64,000 nucleotides of DNA from Escherichia coli (GTDB lineage Bacteria > Pseudomonadota > Gammaproteobacteria > Enterobacterales > Enterobacteriaceae): NCBI RefSeq assembly GCF_048403405.1, contig NZ_CP183129.1, one strand, 5' to 3'. Positions 54,328-64,000 of the stretch are shown one piece after another (the first letter of the stretch is position 1; each line of letters opens with the position of its first letter). A model generated the notes under the pieces. It worked only from the letters and a program-made list of their open reading frames with translations. It was not told where the DNA came from and searched no databases. The position numbers and the translations under genes were made by a program.

Positions 54328-55524
54328 ATGCTAAAAGTGTTATTGCTCTTTGTTTTGCTGATTGCGGGGATAGTGGTTGGCCCGATGATTGCCGGTCATC
54401 AGGGTTACGTGCTGATCCAGACCGACAACTACAATATCGAAACCAGCGTCACTGGCCTGGCGATTATTTTGATTCTGGCGATGGTAGTGCTGTTTGCCAT
54501 TGAGTGGCTACTGCGGCGGATCTTCCGCACAGGCGCACACACCCGTGGGTGGTTTGTCGGACGTAAGCGTCGCCGTGCCCGTAAGCAGACCGAGCAGGCG
54601 CTGCTGAAACTAGCGGAAGGCGATTATCAGCAAGTTGAAAAGCTGATGGCGAAAAATGCCGATCACGCTGAACAACCGGTGGTGAACTATCTACTGGCTG
54701 CCGAAGCCGCGCAACAACGTGGTGATGAAGCACGCGCCAACCAACATCTGGAACGTGCAGCGGAGCTGGCCGGCAACGACACCATTCCGGTAGAAATCAC
54801 CCGTGTACGTCTTCAACTGGCCCGTAATGAAAACCATGCTGCACGCCACGGCGTGGATAAGCTGCTGGAAGTTACGCCACGCCATCCGGAAGTATTACGT
54901 CTGGCGGAACAGGCGTATATCCGCACAGGTGCATGGAGTTCGCTGCTGGATATCATCCCATCAATGGCGAAAGCCCACGTTGGCGATGAAGAACATCGTG
55001 CAATGCTGGAACAACAGGCATGGATTGGCCTGATGGATCAGGCGCGCGCCGATGACGGTAGCGAAGGTTTGCGAAACTGGTGGAAAAACCAAAGCCGGAA
55101 AACGCGTCATCAGGTGGCGTTACAGGTGGCAATGGCGGAACATCTTATTGAATGTGACGATCATGATACTGCTCAGCAAATTATCATCGACGGCCTGAAA
55201 CGCCAGTATGATGATCGTCTGCTGCTGCCGATCCCGCGTCTGAAAACCAATAACCCGGAACAGCTGGAAAAAGTGCTACGCCAGCAAATCAAAAACGTCG
55301 GTGATCGCCCGCTGTTGTGGAGCACATTGGGTCAGTCACTGATGAAGCACGGTGAATGGCAGGAAGCATCGCTCGCCTTCCGCGCGGCGCTGAAACAACG
55401 TCCGGACGCCTACGATTACGCATGGCTCGCCGACGCGCTGGACAGACTGCACAAACCAGAAGAAGCTGCAGCGATGCGCCGCGACGGTTTGATGTTAACG
55501 TTGCAGAACAACCCGCCACAGTAG
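54328..55524 (+). CDS. hemY: HemY (TPR-containing membrane protein)
   Basis: 398-aa ORF with two N-terminal TM segments followed by TPR-like repeats; last gene of hemCDXY. Confidence 0.9.
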   Translation: MLKVLLLFVLLIAGIVVGPMIAGHQGYVLIQTDNYNIETSVTGLAIILILAMVVLFAIEWLLRRIFRTGAHTRGWFVGRKRRRARKQTEQALLKLAEGDYQQVEKLMAKNADHAEQPVVNYLLAAEAAQQRGDEARANQHLERAAELAGNDTIPVEITRVRLQLARNENHAARHGVDKLLEVTPRHPEVLRLAEQAYIRTGAWSSLLDIIPSMAKAHVGDEEHRAMLEQQAWIGLMDQARADDGSEGLRNWWKNQSRKTRHQVALQVAMAEHLIECDDHDTAQQIIIDGLKRQYDDRLLLPIPRLKTNNPEQLEKVLRQQIKNVGDRPLLWSTLGQSLMKHGEWQEASLAFRAALKQRPDAYDYAWLADALDRLHKPEEAAAMRRDGLMLTLQNNPPQ

Positions 55525-55534
55525 TTCTTTCTCA

Positions 55535-55568
55535 CCCGGAGGCAAGCACCTCCGGGACCTTTCTGATA
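55535..55568 (+). terminator. Rho-independent terminator of the hemCDXY operon
   Basis: CCCGGAGG-CAAGCA-CCTCCGGG hairpin followed by ACCTTTCTGAT, 10 nt after the hemY stop. Confidence 0.5.
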
Positions 55569-55571
55569 CAT

Positions 55572-55777
55572 AAAAAAACGCCTGCTCTTATTACGGAGCA
55601 GGCGTTAAAACAGGTCTGTATGACAACAAGTGGGTGCTTCACTCAACGTTGTGTCCATGGTGTCTGATGAGGCATAAGCGACATCTGTCAGTGGACGATA
55701 AGCACCGTAAACGGCTCTGCGTCATTCCGGAGTTTATGAGGCACTAAGGCGAACATAAGAGATGGAATGAGCATCTA
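55572..55777 (-). ncRNA. glmZ: GlmZ small regulatory RNA (activator of glmS translation), including its own terminator
   Basis: The reverse complement of 55572-55777 reads GTAGATGCTCATTCCATCTCTTATGTTCGCC ... ACAGACCTGTTTTAACGCCTGCTCCGTAATAAGAGCAGGCGTTTTTTT, which matches GlmZ as I remember it, in the expected hemY-aslA intergenic position and ending in a hairpin plus U-tract. Confidence 0.8.
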
Positions 55778-56202
55778 CTCGTTTATTATGCCACAGAGAA
55801 CCGGGAAATAACATCCCTTAACACTTTTTATGAGATAATTCTGTAATCCTCTTTGCTTCCTGAGTAATAACTTCCTGAGTGAATATTTCTCCTGCGCACG
55901 ATTCTACACATATATATAATGAATAATAAAAGTCATTCAATTAATAACATATATATTAATTGCCGTTAAAACTAAAAACAGCATCAATAATCAACGCGAT
56001 ATAACATCACCGCCTTACATATCACCTGCGCCAGAGGTAGGATTGAAAACGCTCTCCTGATTTTCCAATTCATTATCTGGATAAATAAATAATTTATTTT
56101 CATCACTATTATTTATGCAATCATCCTGTCAGGGAGAGGGATCTCAATTATCAATGCTTAATTACGTCAACATTTTGACGACATGAAACCGGAGCATTTT
56201 GC

Positions 56203-57858
56203 ATGGAATTTTCGTTTTCACCCAAACTTCTTGTTGTGGCTGTCGCCGCCGCTCTTCCACTCATGGCCAACGCAGCAGATACCCCGTCAACCGCCACCGC
56301 ACGCAAAGGCTTTGCCGGATACGATCACCCAAACCAGTATCTGGTTAAACCGGCGACCACTATTGCCGACAACATGATGCCGGTGATGCAGCATCCTGCA
56401 CAAGACAAAGAAACCCAGCAGAAGCTGGCAGAACTTGAGAAAAAAACCGGTAAGAAACCGAACGTGGTTGTTTTCTTGCTGGATGATGTGGGCTGGATGG
56501 ATGTTGGCTTTAACGGCGGCGGCGTGGCGGTGGGTAATCCTACACCAGATATCGACGCCGTTGCCAGCCAGGGGCTGATTTTAACTTCGGCGTATTCTCA
56601 ACCGAGTTCTTCCCCAACCCGCGCCACGATTCTTACCGGACAATACTCCATCCACCACGGCATTCTGATGCCGCCAATGTACGGGCAACCGGGCGGTCTG
56701 CAAGGGTTAACCACTCTGCCGCAGTTGCTGCACGATCAGGGCTACGTCACTCAGGCCATCGGGAAATGGCATATGGGGGAAAACAAAGAGTCGCAGCCGC
56801 AGAACGTTGGCTTTGATGATTTCCGCGGCTTTAACTCGGTATCCGATATGTATACCGAATGGCGTGATGTTCACGTCAACCCGGAAGTCGCCCTGAGCCC
56901 GGATCGTTCTGAATACATCCAAAAACTGCCGTTCAGCAAAGATGACGTTCATGCCGTGCGCGGCGGTGAACAGGAAGCCATTGCCGACATTACGCCGAAA
57001 TATATGGAAGACCTGGATCAACGCTGGATGGAATATGGCGTTAAGTTCCTCGACAAGATGGCGAAGAGCGATAAGCCTTTCTTCCTCTACTACGGCACTC
57101 GCGGCTGTCACTTCGATAACTACCCAAATGCGAAATATGCGGGTAGCTCTCCGGCGCGCACCTCTTACGGCGACTGCATGGTGGAGATGAACGATATCTT
57201 CGCCAATCTGTATAAAGCACTGGAGAAAAACGGTCAGCTTGATAACACGCTGATTGTGTTCACCTCTGATAACGGTCCGGAAGCCGAAGTTCCGCCACAC
57301 GGTCGCACGCCGTTCCGCGGTGCGAAAGGTTCTACATGGGAAGGCGGCGTTCGTGTGCCAACCTTCGTTTACTGGAAAGGCATGATCCAACCGCGTAAAT
57401 CTGACGGCATTGTCGATCTGGCGGATCTCTTCCCTACGGCGCTGGATCTGGCGGGGCATCCTGGGGCGAAAGTAGCGAATTTAGTACCGAAAACCACCTT
57501 TATCGATGGTGTGGACCAGACATCTTTCTTCCTGGGAACAAATGGTCAGTCTAACCGTAAGGCCGAGCACTACTTCCTCAACGGTAAACTTTCTGCTGTG
57601 CGTATGGATGAGTTCAAGTATCACGTCCTGATCCAGCAACCGTACGCGTATACCCAGAGCGGGTATCAGGGTGGATTCACCGGCACAGTAATGCAAACGG
57701 CGGGATCGTCGGTGTTTAACCTGTACACCGATCCGCAGGAAAGCGACTCCATCGGCGTGCGCCATATCCCAATGGGTGTACCGCTACAGACCGAAATGCA
57801 CGCGTATATGGAGATCCTGAAAAAATATCCACCACGCGCGCAGATTAAATCTGATTAA
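56203..57858 (+). CDS. aslA: Arylsulfatase-family protein AslA (periplasmic)
   Basis: 551-aa ORF with signal peptide ([26 protein letters not shown]) and sulfatase fold; the active-site motif reads [12 protein letters not shown] (Ser-type). Confidence 0.9.
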   Translation: MEFSFSPKLLVVAVAAALPLMANAADTPSTATARKGFAGYDHPNQYLVKPATTIADNMMPVMQHPAQDKETQQKLAELEKKTGKKPNVVVFLLDDVGWMDVGFNGGGVAVGNPTPDIDAVASQGLILTSAYSQPSSSPTRATILTGQYSIHHGILMPPMYGQPGGLQGLTTLPQLLHDQGYVTQAIGKWHMGENKESQPQNVGFDDFRGFNSVSDMYTEWRDVHVNPEVALSPDRSEYIQKLPFSKDDVHAVRGGEQEAIADITPKYMEDLDQRWMEYGVKFLDKMAKSDKPFFLYYGTRGCHFDNYPNAKYAGSSPARTSYGDCMVEMNDIFANLYKALEKNGQLDNTLIVFTSDNGPEAEVPPHGRTPFRGAKGSTWEGGVRVPTFVYWKGMIQPRKSDGIVDLADLFPTALDLAGHPGAKVANLVPKTTFIDGVDQTSFFLGTNGQSNRKAEHYFLNGKLSAVRMDEFKYHVLIQQPYAYTQSGYQGGFTGTVMQTAGSSVFNLYTDPQESDSIGVRHIPMGVPLQTEMHAYMEILKKYPPRAQIKSD

Positions 57859-57894
57859 GCCGGCGCTATCGCTACATCGGGCCACACTGACCTT

Positions 57895-57924
57895 GCCGGA
57901 TGCGACGTGAACGCCTTATCCGGC
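57895..57924. repeat. REP element between aslA and aslB
   Basis: GCCGGATGCGACGTGAACGCCTTATCCGGC, the typical REP consensus. Confidence 0.5.
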
Positions 57925-57936
57925 AATTAACCGCAG

Positions 57937-57962
57937 GCGGCCACAAAATGGCCGCTTTTTTA
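57937..57962. terminator. Bidirectional rho-independent terminator between convergent aslA and aslB
   Basis: GCGGCC-ACAAAAT-GGCCGC hairpin flanked by an A-tract upstream and TTTTTT downstream. Confidence 0.55.
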
Positions 57963-59195
57963 CTTATTCACCACCATCAAATGCGCCTGCATAATGTCGC
58001 TGGCCGGACGACCGTGCGCCAGCAAATCAGCCATTGCTTTAAGATATGGCGGTAGATGGCGGAAATAACGCTGATACCCGGCACACAAATAATTCAGCCC
58101 GGGTTTGCCGCTGGCATCGAGCATAAAGCGGTGTTTCGGACAGCCTCCCCAGCACGCTTTTAACACGTTGCAACTGCGACACTGCGCCGGTAACTGCTTA
58201 AATTTATCTTCACCAAACACCTGCTGTTGCGGGGAATCTACCATTTCTGCAATTGTTTGCTGGTGCATATTCCCCAGTCGATATTGCGGATAAACATAGT
58301 GATCGCAGGCGTAAACGTCGCCGTTGTGTTCAACAATCACCGAGCGCCCACAGGTTGGCTGATGATGGCAAACCGCACCTGGCGCACCAACAAAATTGGC
58401 AAACGCCCATTCGATATTCATCACGAAAATCTTGCCGACGTCGCGTTTGATCCAGTGGTCGAATATCGCCACCAAAAATTCACCGAACTCATCGGGGCGT
58501 ACCGACCATTCCGTCAGTTCGCCCTGAATATCGCCGGGAGCATGTAGCTTAAGTCCAGCATGAGCAGCCGTTTCATCAGCCAGGCGCTCGACCACCGGAA
58601 TAAACTGGATGAACTCAGCGCCTGCATCACACAGAAAATCATAGACTTGCAAAGGTTGTAACGCACTGGTGCGATTAACGCAGACCAGCACGTTATAGTC
58701 GACATGATGTTTTTGCAGGAGCGTCAGGGCACGCATCACCAGCTTATGCGTTGGTCTGCCGCCTTTGGTCACGCGATATTGATTGTGGATCTCAGCCGGA
58801 CCATCCAGCGATAACCCTACAAGAAAATGATTTTCTGCCAGAAATGCACACCATTCGTCATCAAGCAGAACGCCGTTAGTCTGGAAGCTGTTACTTATCT
58901 TCCTGCCAGCACCATATTTCGCCTGTAGCGCCACGGCACGGCGGTAAAAATCCAGCCCGAGTAACGTTGGTTCGCCGCCCTGCCAGGTAAAAGCCACTTC
59001 GTTTTGGGTTTCGCTGGCAGCGATATAGTGACGGACATACGCTTCCAGCGTGTCATCGTCCATATGCGTGACTGGCTTTTCGCGGTAAAGGGATTGTTTT
59101 TCGAGATAAAAACAGTAGTCACAGTTCAGATTACAATCGGAACCGCTCGGTTTCGCCATCACATGAAAAGCACGCGTTGGAACCTGTTGCAGCAT
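57960..59195 (-). CDS. aslB: Anaerobic sulfatase-maturating enzyme homolog AslB (radical SAM)
   Basis: ORF open to 59225; canonical start MLQQVPTRAFHVMAKPSGSDCNLNCDYCFY with the radical-SAM CxxxCxxC motif and additional C-terminal Cys clusters. Confidence 0.9.
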   Translation of the reverse strand: MLQQVPTRAFHVMAKPSGSDCNLNCDYCFYLEKQSLYREKPVTHMDDDTLEAYVRHYIAASETQNEVAFTWQGGEPTLLGLDFYRRAVALQAKYGAGRKISNSFQTNGVLLDDEWCAFLAENHFLVGLSLDGPAEIHNQYRVTKGGRPTHKLVMRALTLLQKHHVDYNVLVCVNRTSALQPLQVYDFLCDAGAEFIQFIPVVERLADETAAHAGLKLHAPGDIQGELTEWSVRPDEFGEFLVAIFDHWIKRDVGKIFVMNIEWAFANFVGAPGAVCHHQPTCGRSVIVEHNGDVYACDHYVYPQYRLGNMHQQTIAEMVDSPQQQVFGEDKFKQLPAQCRSCNVLKACWGGCPKHRFMLDASGKPGLNYLCAGYQRYFRHLPPYLKAMADLLAHGRPASDIMQAHLMVVNK

Positions 59196-59341
59196 GGTCG
59201 CTCCTTGCCTGAAGTCATCCTTCAATAAGTTAAGGGCGAAATCATACCGTGGCGCAATGAGTTATTACGGGCGTTTATTGCGAAGGGAAAGAGACGAAAT
59301 GCACAGAAAACAAAAAACCCCGCCGAAGCGGGGTTCAAAAT

Positions 59342-59418
59342 TGGTCGGCGAGAGAGGATTCGAACCTCCGACCCACTGGTCCCAAACCAGTTGCGCTACC
59401 AAGCTGCGCTACTCGCCG
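59342..59418 (-). tRNA. proM: tRNA-Pro (anticodon TGG)
   Basis: Reverse complement reads CGGCGAGTAGCGCAGCTTGGTAGCGCAACTGGTTTGGGACCAGTGGGTCGGAGGTTCGAATCCTCTCTCGCCGACCA; cloverleaf with a TGG anticodon loop. Confidence 0.9.
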
Positions 59419-59460
59419 AAATACTGCTTTTTGAATTTTTAGTTCAATTCTTTAAAGTCG

Positions 59461-59546
59461 TGGTGCGAGGGGGGGACTTGAACCCCCACGTCCGTAAGGA
59501 CACTAACACCTGAAGCTAGCGCGTCTACCAATTCCGCCACCTTCGC
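59461..59546 (-). tRNA. leuT: tRNA-Leu (anticodon CAG), long variable arm
   Basis: Reverse complement reads GCGAAGGTGGCGGAATTGGTAGACGCGCTAGCTTCAGGTGTTAGTGTCCTTACGGACGTGGGGGTTCAAGTCCCCCCCTCGCACCA. Confidence 0.9.
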
Positions 59547-59566
59547 ATTGTCACAACTTCTAATAA

Positions 59567-59642
59567 TGGGGTGGCTAATGGGATTCGAACCCACGACAAC
59601 TGGAATCACAATCCAGGGCTCTACCAACTGAGCTATAGCCAC
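59567..59642 (-). tRNA. hisR: tRNA-His (anticodon GTG)
   Basis: Reverse complement reads GTGGCTATAGCTCAGTTGGTAGAGCCCTGGATTGTGATTCCAGTTGTCGTGGGTTCGAATCCCATTAGCCACCCCA. Confidence 0.9.
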
Positions 59643-59700
59643 CACTACAAATCTTGTTACGCGGTATTACTACCACCGCAGCTCAAGCGCCGGGACTAAA

Positions 59701-59777
<77 letters not shown>

Positions 59778-59879
59778 TTAGCGCCGTTGCGGGGGTGGAT
59801 AATACGGACTTCCCACCCCTCTGTCTAGTCCCTTTTTAAATAAATTGCGCGTTTGGTTACGGTTTGTGCGTTTTGCTGC

Positions 59880-61265
59880 TTATTCCTCCAGTTTATGCGC
59901 TTTCCCGTGGCGATTAAGCCCAAAAACTTTATAAATCGCCGTCACCGCCAGCATAAAGATGATGCCGACAAACAGCGACATACGCGTATCTTCATTAAAG
60001 TACATGCCGATCAAAACGCAAATCAGGAATGCCATTGTTACGTAGTTGGCCCACGGGAACAGGATTGAGCGGAACGGATGGCTGGCAATCGCCGCTTTAT
60101 GCGCACGACGAAAACGCAGCTGGCTTATCAATATCACAAACCATGGCACCATCCCCGGAAGCACGCTGGCACTGTAGACGTAGACAAACACACGCTGCGG
60201 ATTGGGAATGATGTAGTTCAGGCATGAGCCAATTAACAGGATAGCAATAGATACTGCCACACCCGCAACCGGTACGCCGTGACGGGAAACTTTCGCCATC
60301 GCCGTCGGTAACTGACGGTTTTTCGCCAGTGCGTAGAGCATACGTCCGCAACTGTACATGCCGCTGTTACAGCCAGAGAGCGCAGCCGTCAGCACCACAA
60401 AGTTGATAATGCCCGCCGCTGCGGTAATGCCGATTTTGGCGAAAGTCAGTACGAACGGGCTGCCGTTACTGCCTATTTCATTCCACGGGAAGATAGTAAC
60501 GATAACGAAAATCGCGCCTACGTAGAAAATCAGGATCCTCCACAGCACTTTGCCTACTGCACTGCGCAGCGTCACCTGCGGATTCTTCGCTTCACCAGCG
60601 GTAATGCCAATCAGCTCCACGCCCTGGTAGGACGCCACCACAATACACAATGCGGTCAGGAACCCTTTCCAGCCCCCCGCAAAGAAACCGCCATGCTCTG
60701 TGAGATTGCTAAAACCAATCGACTGCCCGCCATTGCCAAAACCAAAGAAAATCACGCCCAGGCCAATGACAATCATCACGATAATCGTGGTGACTTTGAT
60801 CATCGCGAACCAGAACTCGATTTCGCCGTACAACCTCACCGCAGTCAGATTCGCCAACGCCACCAGCGCCACCGCGATTAATGCGGGTATCCACTGCGCC
60901 ATCTCCGGGAACCAGAACTGGACATAAACGCCAATGGCGGTGATTTCTGAGATCCCCACCGCCATCCACATAAACCAGTAAGACCAGGCGGTGAGATAGC
61001 CAAAGAACGGGCTCATATAACGATGCGCATAAACGGCGAACGAACCGGTAACCGGTTCGAGGAATAACATTTCGCCCATTGAACGCATGATGAAAAAGAC
61101 GAACAGCCCGGCGATGATATAGGCCAACAATACGGATGGCCCGGCCCATTTCAGGGTACTGGCGGCCCCCATAAACAGGCCGACGCCAATGGTGCCCCCC
61201 AGGGCGATGAGTTCGATATGTCGAGCTTCCAGCCCACGCTGTAGCTCTGGTTTGTTATCTGCCAT
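59880..61265 (-). CDS. yifK: APC-family amino acid permease YifK
   Basis: 461-aa 12-TM amino-acid permease in the conserved position beside the argX-hisR-leuT-proM tRNA cluster. Confidence 0.9.
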   Translation of the reverse strand: MADNKPELQRGLEARHIELIALGGTIGVGLFMGAASTLKWAGPSVLLAYIIAGLFVFFIMRSMGEMLFLEPVTGSFAVYAHRYMSPFFGYLTAWSYWFMWMAVGISEITAIGVYVQFWFPEMAQWIPALIAVALVALANLTAVRLYGEIEFWFAMIKVTTIIVMIVIGLGVIFFGFGNGGQSIGFSNLTEHGGFFAGGWKGFLTALCIVVASYQGVELIGITAGEAKNPQVTLRSAVGKVLWRILIFYVGAIFVIVTIFPWNEIGSNGSPFVLTFAKIGITAAAGIINFVVLTAALSGCNSGMYSCGRMLYALAKNRQLPTAMAKVSRHGVPVAGVAVSIAILLIGSCLNYIIPNPQRVFVYVYSASVLPGMVPWFVILISQLRFRRAHKAAIASHPFRSILFPWANYVTMAFLICVLIGMYFNEDTRMSLFVGIIFMLAVTAIYKVFGLNRHGKAHKLEE

Positions 61266-61455
61266 AAATCCTCGTGTTGTGTTTGCATGCTTTCCGGTGT
61301 TACCGGTTATCGTTATGGGTACATCGAGTGTTGCGAATGTTTTCGTAATTCAGGAGAAATGGCAAATAAAGCATTAAAAATTTGAATGCTTTGTGTAATA
61401 AAAAAGCAGGAAGGCGACGAAGTGACCACTCCGTCGCTTTACAGAGAGAGGAAAA

Positions 61456-62196
61456 TCAGAGGTTGCCGGTGTAATGCCAGCGTAAATAACGCAGCAAACG
61501 AAGCTGACGCTTAATGCGGCTCGGCTGCGAAAGCAGGCGGTAGAGCCACTCCAGCCCCAGCGTTTGCCAGATTTTCGGTGCGCGTTTCACGTGACCGGTG
61601 AAAACATCGTAGGTCCCGCCAACGCCCATATACAGCGCATCTGGATGCACCAGACGGCAGTCGCGCATGAAGATCTCCTGCTTTGGCGATCCCATCGCAA
61701 CGGTGACGATTTGCGCTCCGCTGGCATGAATGCGTTCAAACAGCGCCTGACGCTGCTCGGGTTTAAAATAACCATCCTGGCTGCCAACGATATTCACATT
61801 CCACTGGTTGTGCAGTTTAGCTTCAGTTTGCGCCAGCACTTCAGGTTTACCGCCCACAAGAAATACCGGTGTCCCTTCTTTGCCTGCGCGCGCCATCAGC
61901 TCTTCCCAGAGATCGGCCCCTGCAACGCGGGAAACCTGCGCCTGCGGGTACTTTTTACGTACTGAACGTACAACGCTGATGCCATCCGCATATTTAAATT
62001 CGGCAGCGTTAATTAACTCCCGGACCTCGGCGTTATCTTCAATGGTCAGCATTTTTTCGGCATTAATGGCAACCAGCGTTCCCTGCTTAAGCTTCCCGTC
62101 AGCGAACAGATAATCGAGGGCGTGCTGCATATCACGCCAACCTATCAACTGTAAGCCACGCAGCGTATAGGTCGGTGCCGTGGTGTTGTTATTCAT
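61456..62196 (-). CDS. wecG: UDP-N-acetyl-D-mannosaminuronic acid transferase WecG (ECA biosynthesis)
   Basis: 246-aa WecB/TagA/CpsF-family glycosyltransferase, last gene of the ECA cluster. Confidence 0.9.
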   Translation of the reverse strand: MNNNTTAPTYTLRGLQLIGWRDMQHALDYLFADGKLKQGTLVAINAEKMLTIEDNAEVRELINAAEFKYADGISVVRSVRKKYPQAQVSRVAGADLWEELMARAGKEGTPVFLVGGKPEVLAQTEAKLHNQWNVNIVGSQDGYFKPEQRQALFERIHASGAQIVTVAMGSPKQEIFMRDCRLVHPDALYMGVGGTYDVFTGHVKRAPKIWQTLGLEWLYRLLSQPSRIKRQLRLLRYLRWHYTGNL

Positions 62197-62198
62197 TG

Positions 62199-63551
62199 TT
62201 ATCCTTCAACCTGCGTCCGGAGCGATGATTTTGTTCGTTTATGAATGAGTCCGGCGCTTTCAAAAAGCCAGTACAACAGTTTTGCGATCATCAGACATGC
62301 GCCGAAGACCACGATAAAAAAGACCACGCGTGAGACAAACGAATCCAGCCCTTCACGCGCCAGCACGATCATATTGAAGATCGCCCCGAAGCAGAAACTG
62401 TGCAATATCGCAGCTTTATAGCGATTAGGCTCGCGGTTGCCCAGCTCATACAGCCAGTCGAACCATTTGATGATCAGTCCAACAACAATCGCCCCGAGCG
62501 GGATGAACAACGCGCCGCCCATCACCACCAGTGAGCCTATAAGCGTAGGCGAGATCGCCAGTCCGGAGTGGTTATTCAGCACTTCCCAGGTAAAGTAGTT
62601 GGCGGAGTTCAGCACCATACTCGGGCGACCCGGCCACAGCCAGGAAGGGATAAAGACATAGAAATCGCGGACAATGGGAGCCAGGCCCTGGAAGTCGATG
62701 TTGTCGTAGTTCTGCAACAGCAATGCCAGATTCTCCCACGGCGAAAAGGTATCGCGGGTGAGATAGAGAAACGTATAGAACGCTTCATCACCGCTCACAT
62801 TCATTCCATAGCGTTTTAGCGCCAGCCAGAACATGCCAACAATCCCCAGCACGCCCGCTGCCGCCAGCATCCACAACGAAATCCAGCCGCGAATAATGCC
62901 AATAAACAGGAAGATAGCGAATGCGATAATGATATTGGCGCGAGTGCCGCCGACAATCATATAAGTCAGCAAGCCAAAAGCGACCGTGCTGACGAGGAAA
63001 AACAGCCACGCTTTGCTGTCCTGGCGCAGAAAGTAGACCACCAGCATCGCCGGGATGAAAAAGTAAAAGAAGCGTTTTAACGCCACGCCGGAGACTTCAC
63101 TGGAGAAGATCTGACTGTAGGAGTTAAGCCGGAACAGCAAAAAGCCGTTGTGCATGAAGAAGATGCCGACGCTTACCAGCGCGATGCCCATCAGGATCAC
63201 CCACGTGAGATTGGTCTCCACGCGGTTCATGGTAAACAGCGGACGGCGCGGTACATCGGCAACGCGTTTGCGTAGGCGGGTTTTGTAGGTGACGTAGTAA
63301 ACCGCGTAGAAGCAGCCCGCAGAAAGCAACGCCTGCAACAAGATTTCTGGCGGCGCGACACCAACATCAAAGCGAAATACCAGCACGCTGGTCAGCGGGA
63401 AGCCGAAGAAAAAGGTGAGCAAAAACAGCAATGAAAAGAAGACATTGAAGTTAAAACGCACACGGCGAAACTCAAACCAGGTCAGCGTGGCAATAAACAG
63501 CGTGCAGAGCAGCCAGACAATAAACAGGCCACTGAATTGCAGCAGACTCAT
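62199..63551 (-). CDS. wzyE: Enterobacterial common antigen polymerase WzyE
   Basis: 450-aa polytopic membrane protein between wecF and wecG; start overlaps the wecF stop. Confidence 0.9.
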   Translation of the reverse strand: MSLLQFSGLFIVWLLCTLFIATLTWFEFRRVRFNFNVFFSLLFLLTFFFGFPLTSVLVFRFDVGVAPPEILLQALLSAGCFYAVYYVTYKTRLRKRVADVPRRPLFTMNRVETNLTWVILMGIALVSVGIFFMHNGFLLFRLNSYSQIFSSEVSGVALKRFFYFFIPAMLVVYFLRQDSKAWLFFLVSTVAFGLLTYMIVGGTRANIIIAFAIFLFIGIIRGWISLWMLAAAGVLGIVGMFWLALKRYGMNVSGDEAFYTFLYLTRDTFSPWENLALLLQNYDNIDFQGLAPIVRDFYVFIPSWLWPGRPSMVLNSANYFTWEVLNNHSGLAISPTLIGSLVVMGGALFIPLGAIVVGLIIKWFDWLYELGNREPNRYKAAILHSFCFGAIFNMIVLAREGLDSFVSRVVFFIVVFGACLMIAKLLYWLFESAGLIHKRTKSSLRTQVEG

Positions 63552-64000
63552 GCAACCTCCCCGGCGGCAATCGCCAACGCCCGCTGCCAGCCTTGCAGAT
63601 AGTTCGGGCTAAAGAAGGCAATGGTGTTTTTATCCACCGACGCCAACTGGCGCTGCGCTTCACGCACAATATCCTCGTTGAGATCGTCGGTAGTAAACAG
63701 TACTGGCAAATGCTGTTCCGTCATATCCTGCCAGAACGGATTTTCCCGGTTAAGCACACAAGGAATGCCCGCCTGAATCAGTAAGCAAAGCGTACCAATG
63801 CCCTGCTGGCGGGCAAAAATAAAGTAACCAAGATCGCACTGACGAAGTAGCGCCAGATAGGCGTCAAATTCCAGTTTTTCGTTCAGAATTTGCAGATTTT
63901 CTTCGCTGAATAACTCCAGCCCCGCCTGACGAACTTCCTCAATGTACGCTTCGTTATTAGGCGGATATCCCATCGGCACCACCACTTTTACCGTATCGCC
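63548..64000 (-). CDS. wecF: TDP-Fuc4NAc:lipid II Fuc4NAc transferase WecF (RffT), C-terminal part only (gene continues past the window end)
   Basis: C-terminal ~150 aa are in the window and the reading frame stays open to position 64000; conserved order wecF-wzyE-wecG. Confidence 0.85.
   Translation of the reverse strand, partial: GDTVKVVVPMGYPPNNEAYIEEVRQAGLELFSEENLQILNEKLEFDAYLALLRQCDLGYFIFARQQGIGTLCLLIQAGIPCVLNRENPFWQDMTEQHLPVLFTTDDLNEDIVREAQRQLASVDKNTIAFFSPNYLQGWQRALAIAAGEVA

Noticed and set aside
56203-57858. aslA as a pseudogene or frameshifted gene
   Set aside because: A single uninterrupted 551-aa ORF with signal peptide and intact sulfatase motifs; no evidence of disruption.

Overview
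This window reads as an Escherichia coli-type chromosomal segment (inverted relative to the K-12 map as I recall it) running fre-ubiD-rfaH-tatDCBA-ubiB-ubiJ-ubiE-rmuC-udp-ysgA ... metE-metR-yigM-yigL-pldB-rhtB-rhtC-recQ-pldA-yigI-rarD ... corA-yigE ... uvrD-yigB-xerC-yigA-dapF-yifL-cyaY-cyaA-hemCDXY-GlmZ-aslA-aslB-tRNA(Pro-Leu-His-Arg)-yifK-wecG-wzyE-wecF. All gene identities are from reading the translated ORFs and my memory of the protein families; no database search was run. Three stretches are not explained by that backbone. (1) About 14 kb between ysgA and metE (11.3-25.3 kb) carries two operons: a plus-strand operon of isochorismatase-like hydrolase, DUF2877, FdrA-like, DUF1116 and carbamate kinase genes, plus a small allophanate-hydrolase-C-domain-like protein, an NCS1 permease and a LysR regulator, which I predict is an uncharacterised carbamoyl/ureido-compound catabolic system; and a minus-strand operon of a 6-phospho-3-hexuloisomerase-like SIS protein, a glucose-family PTS EIICB and a transketolase paralog, with an RpiR regulator alongside, which I predict is an uncharacterised sugar pathway. 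(2) A strongly AT-rich, translationally coupled two-gene module of unknown function sits between rarD and corA (37.5-38.9 kb). (3) A signal-peptide-bearing DUF62 (SAM hydroxide adenosyltransferase-like) gene sits between yigE and uvrD. I also recognise the GlmZ sRNA, four tRNAs, a LexA box at uvrD, several terminators and REP elements. No CRISPR array, IS element or prophage was seen.
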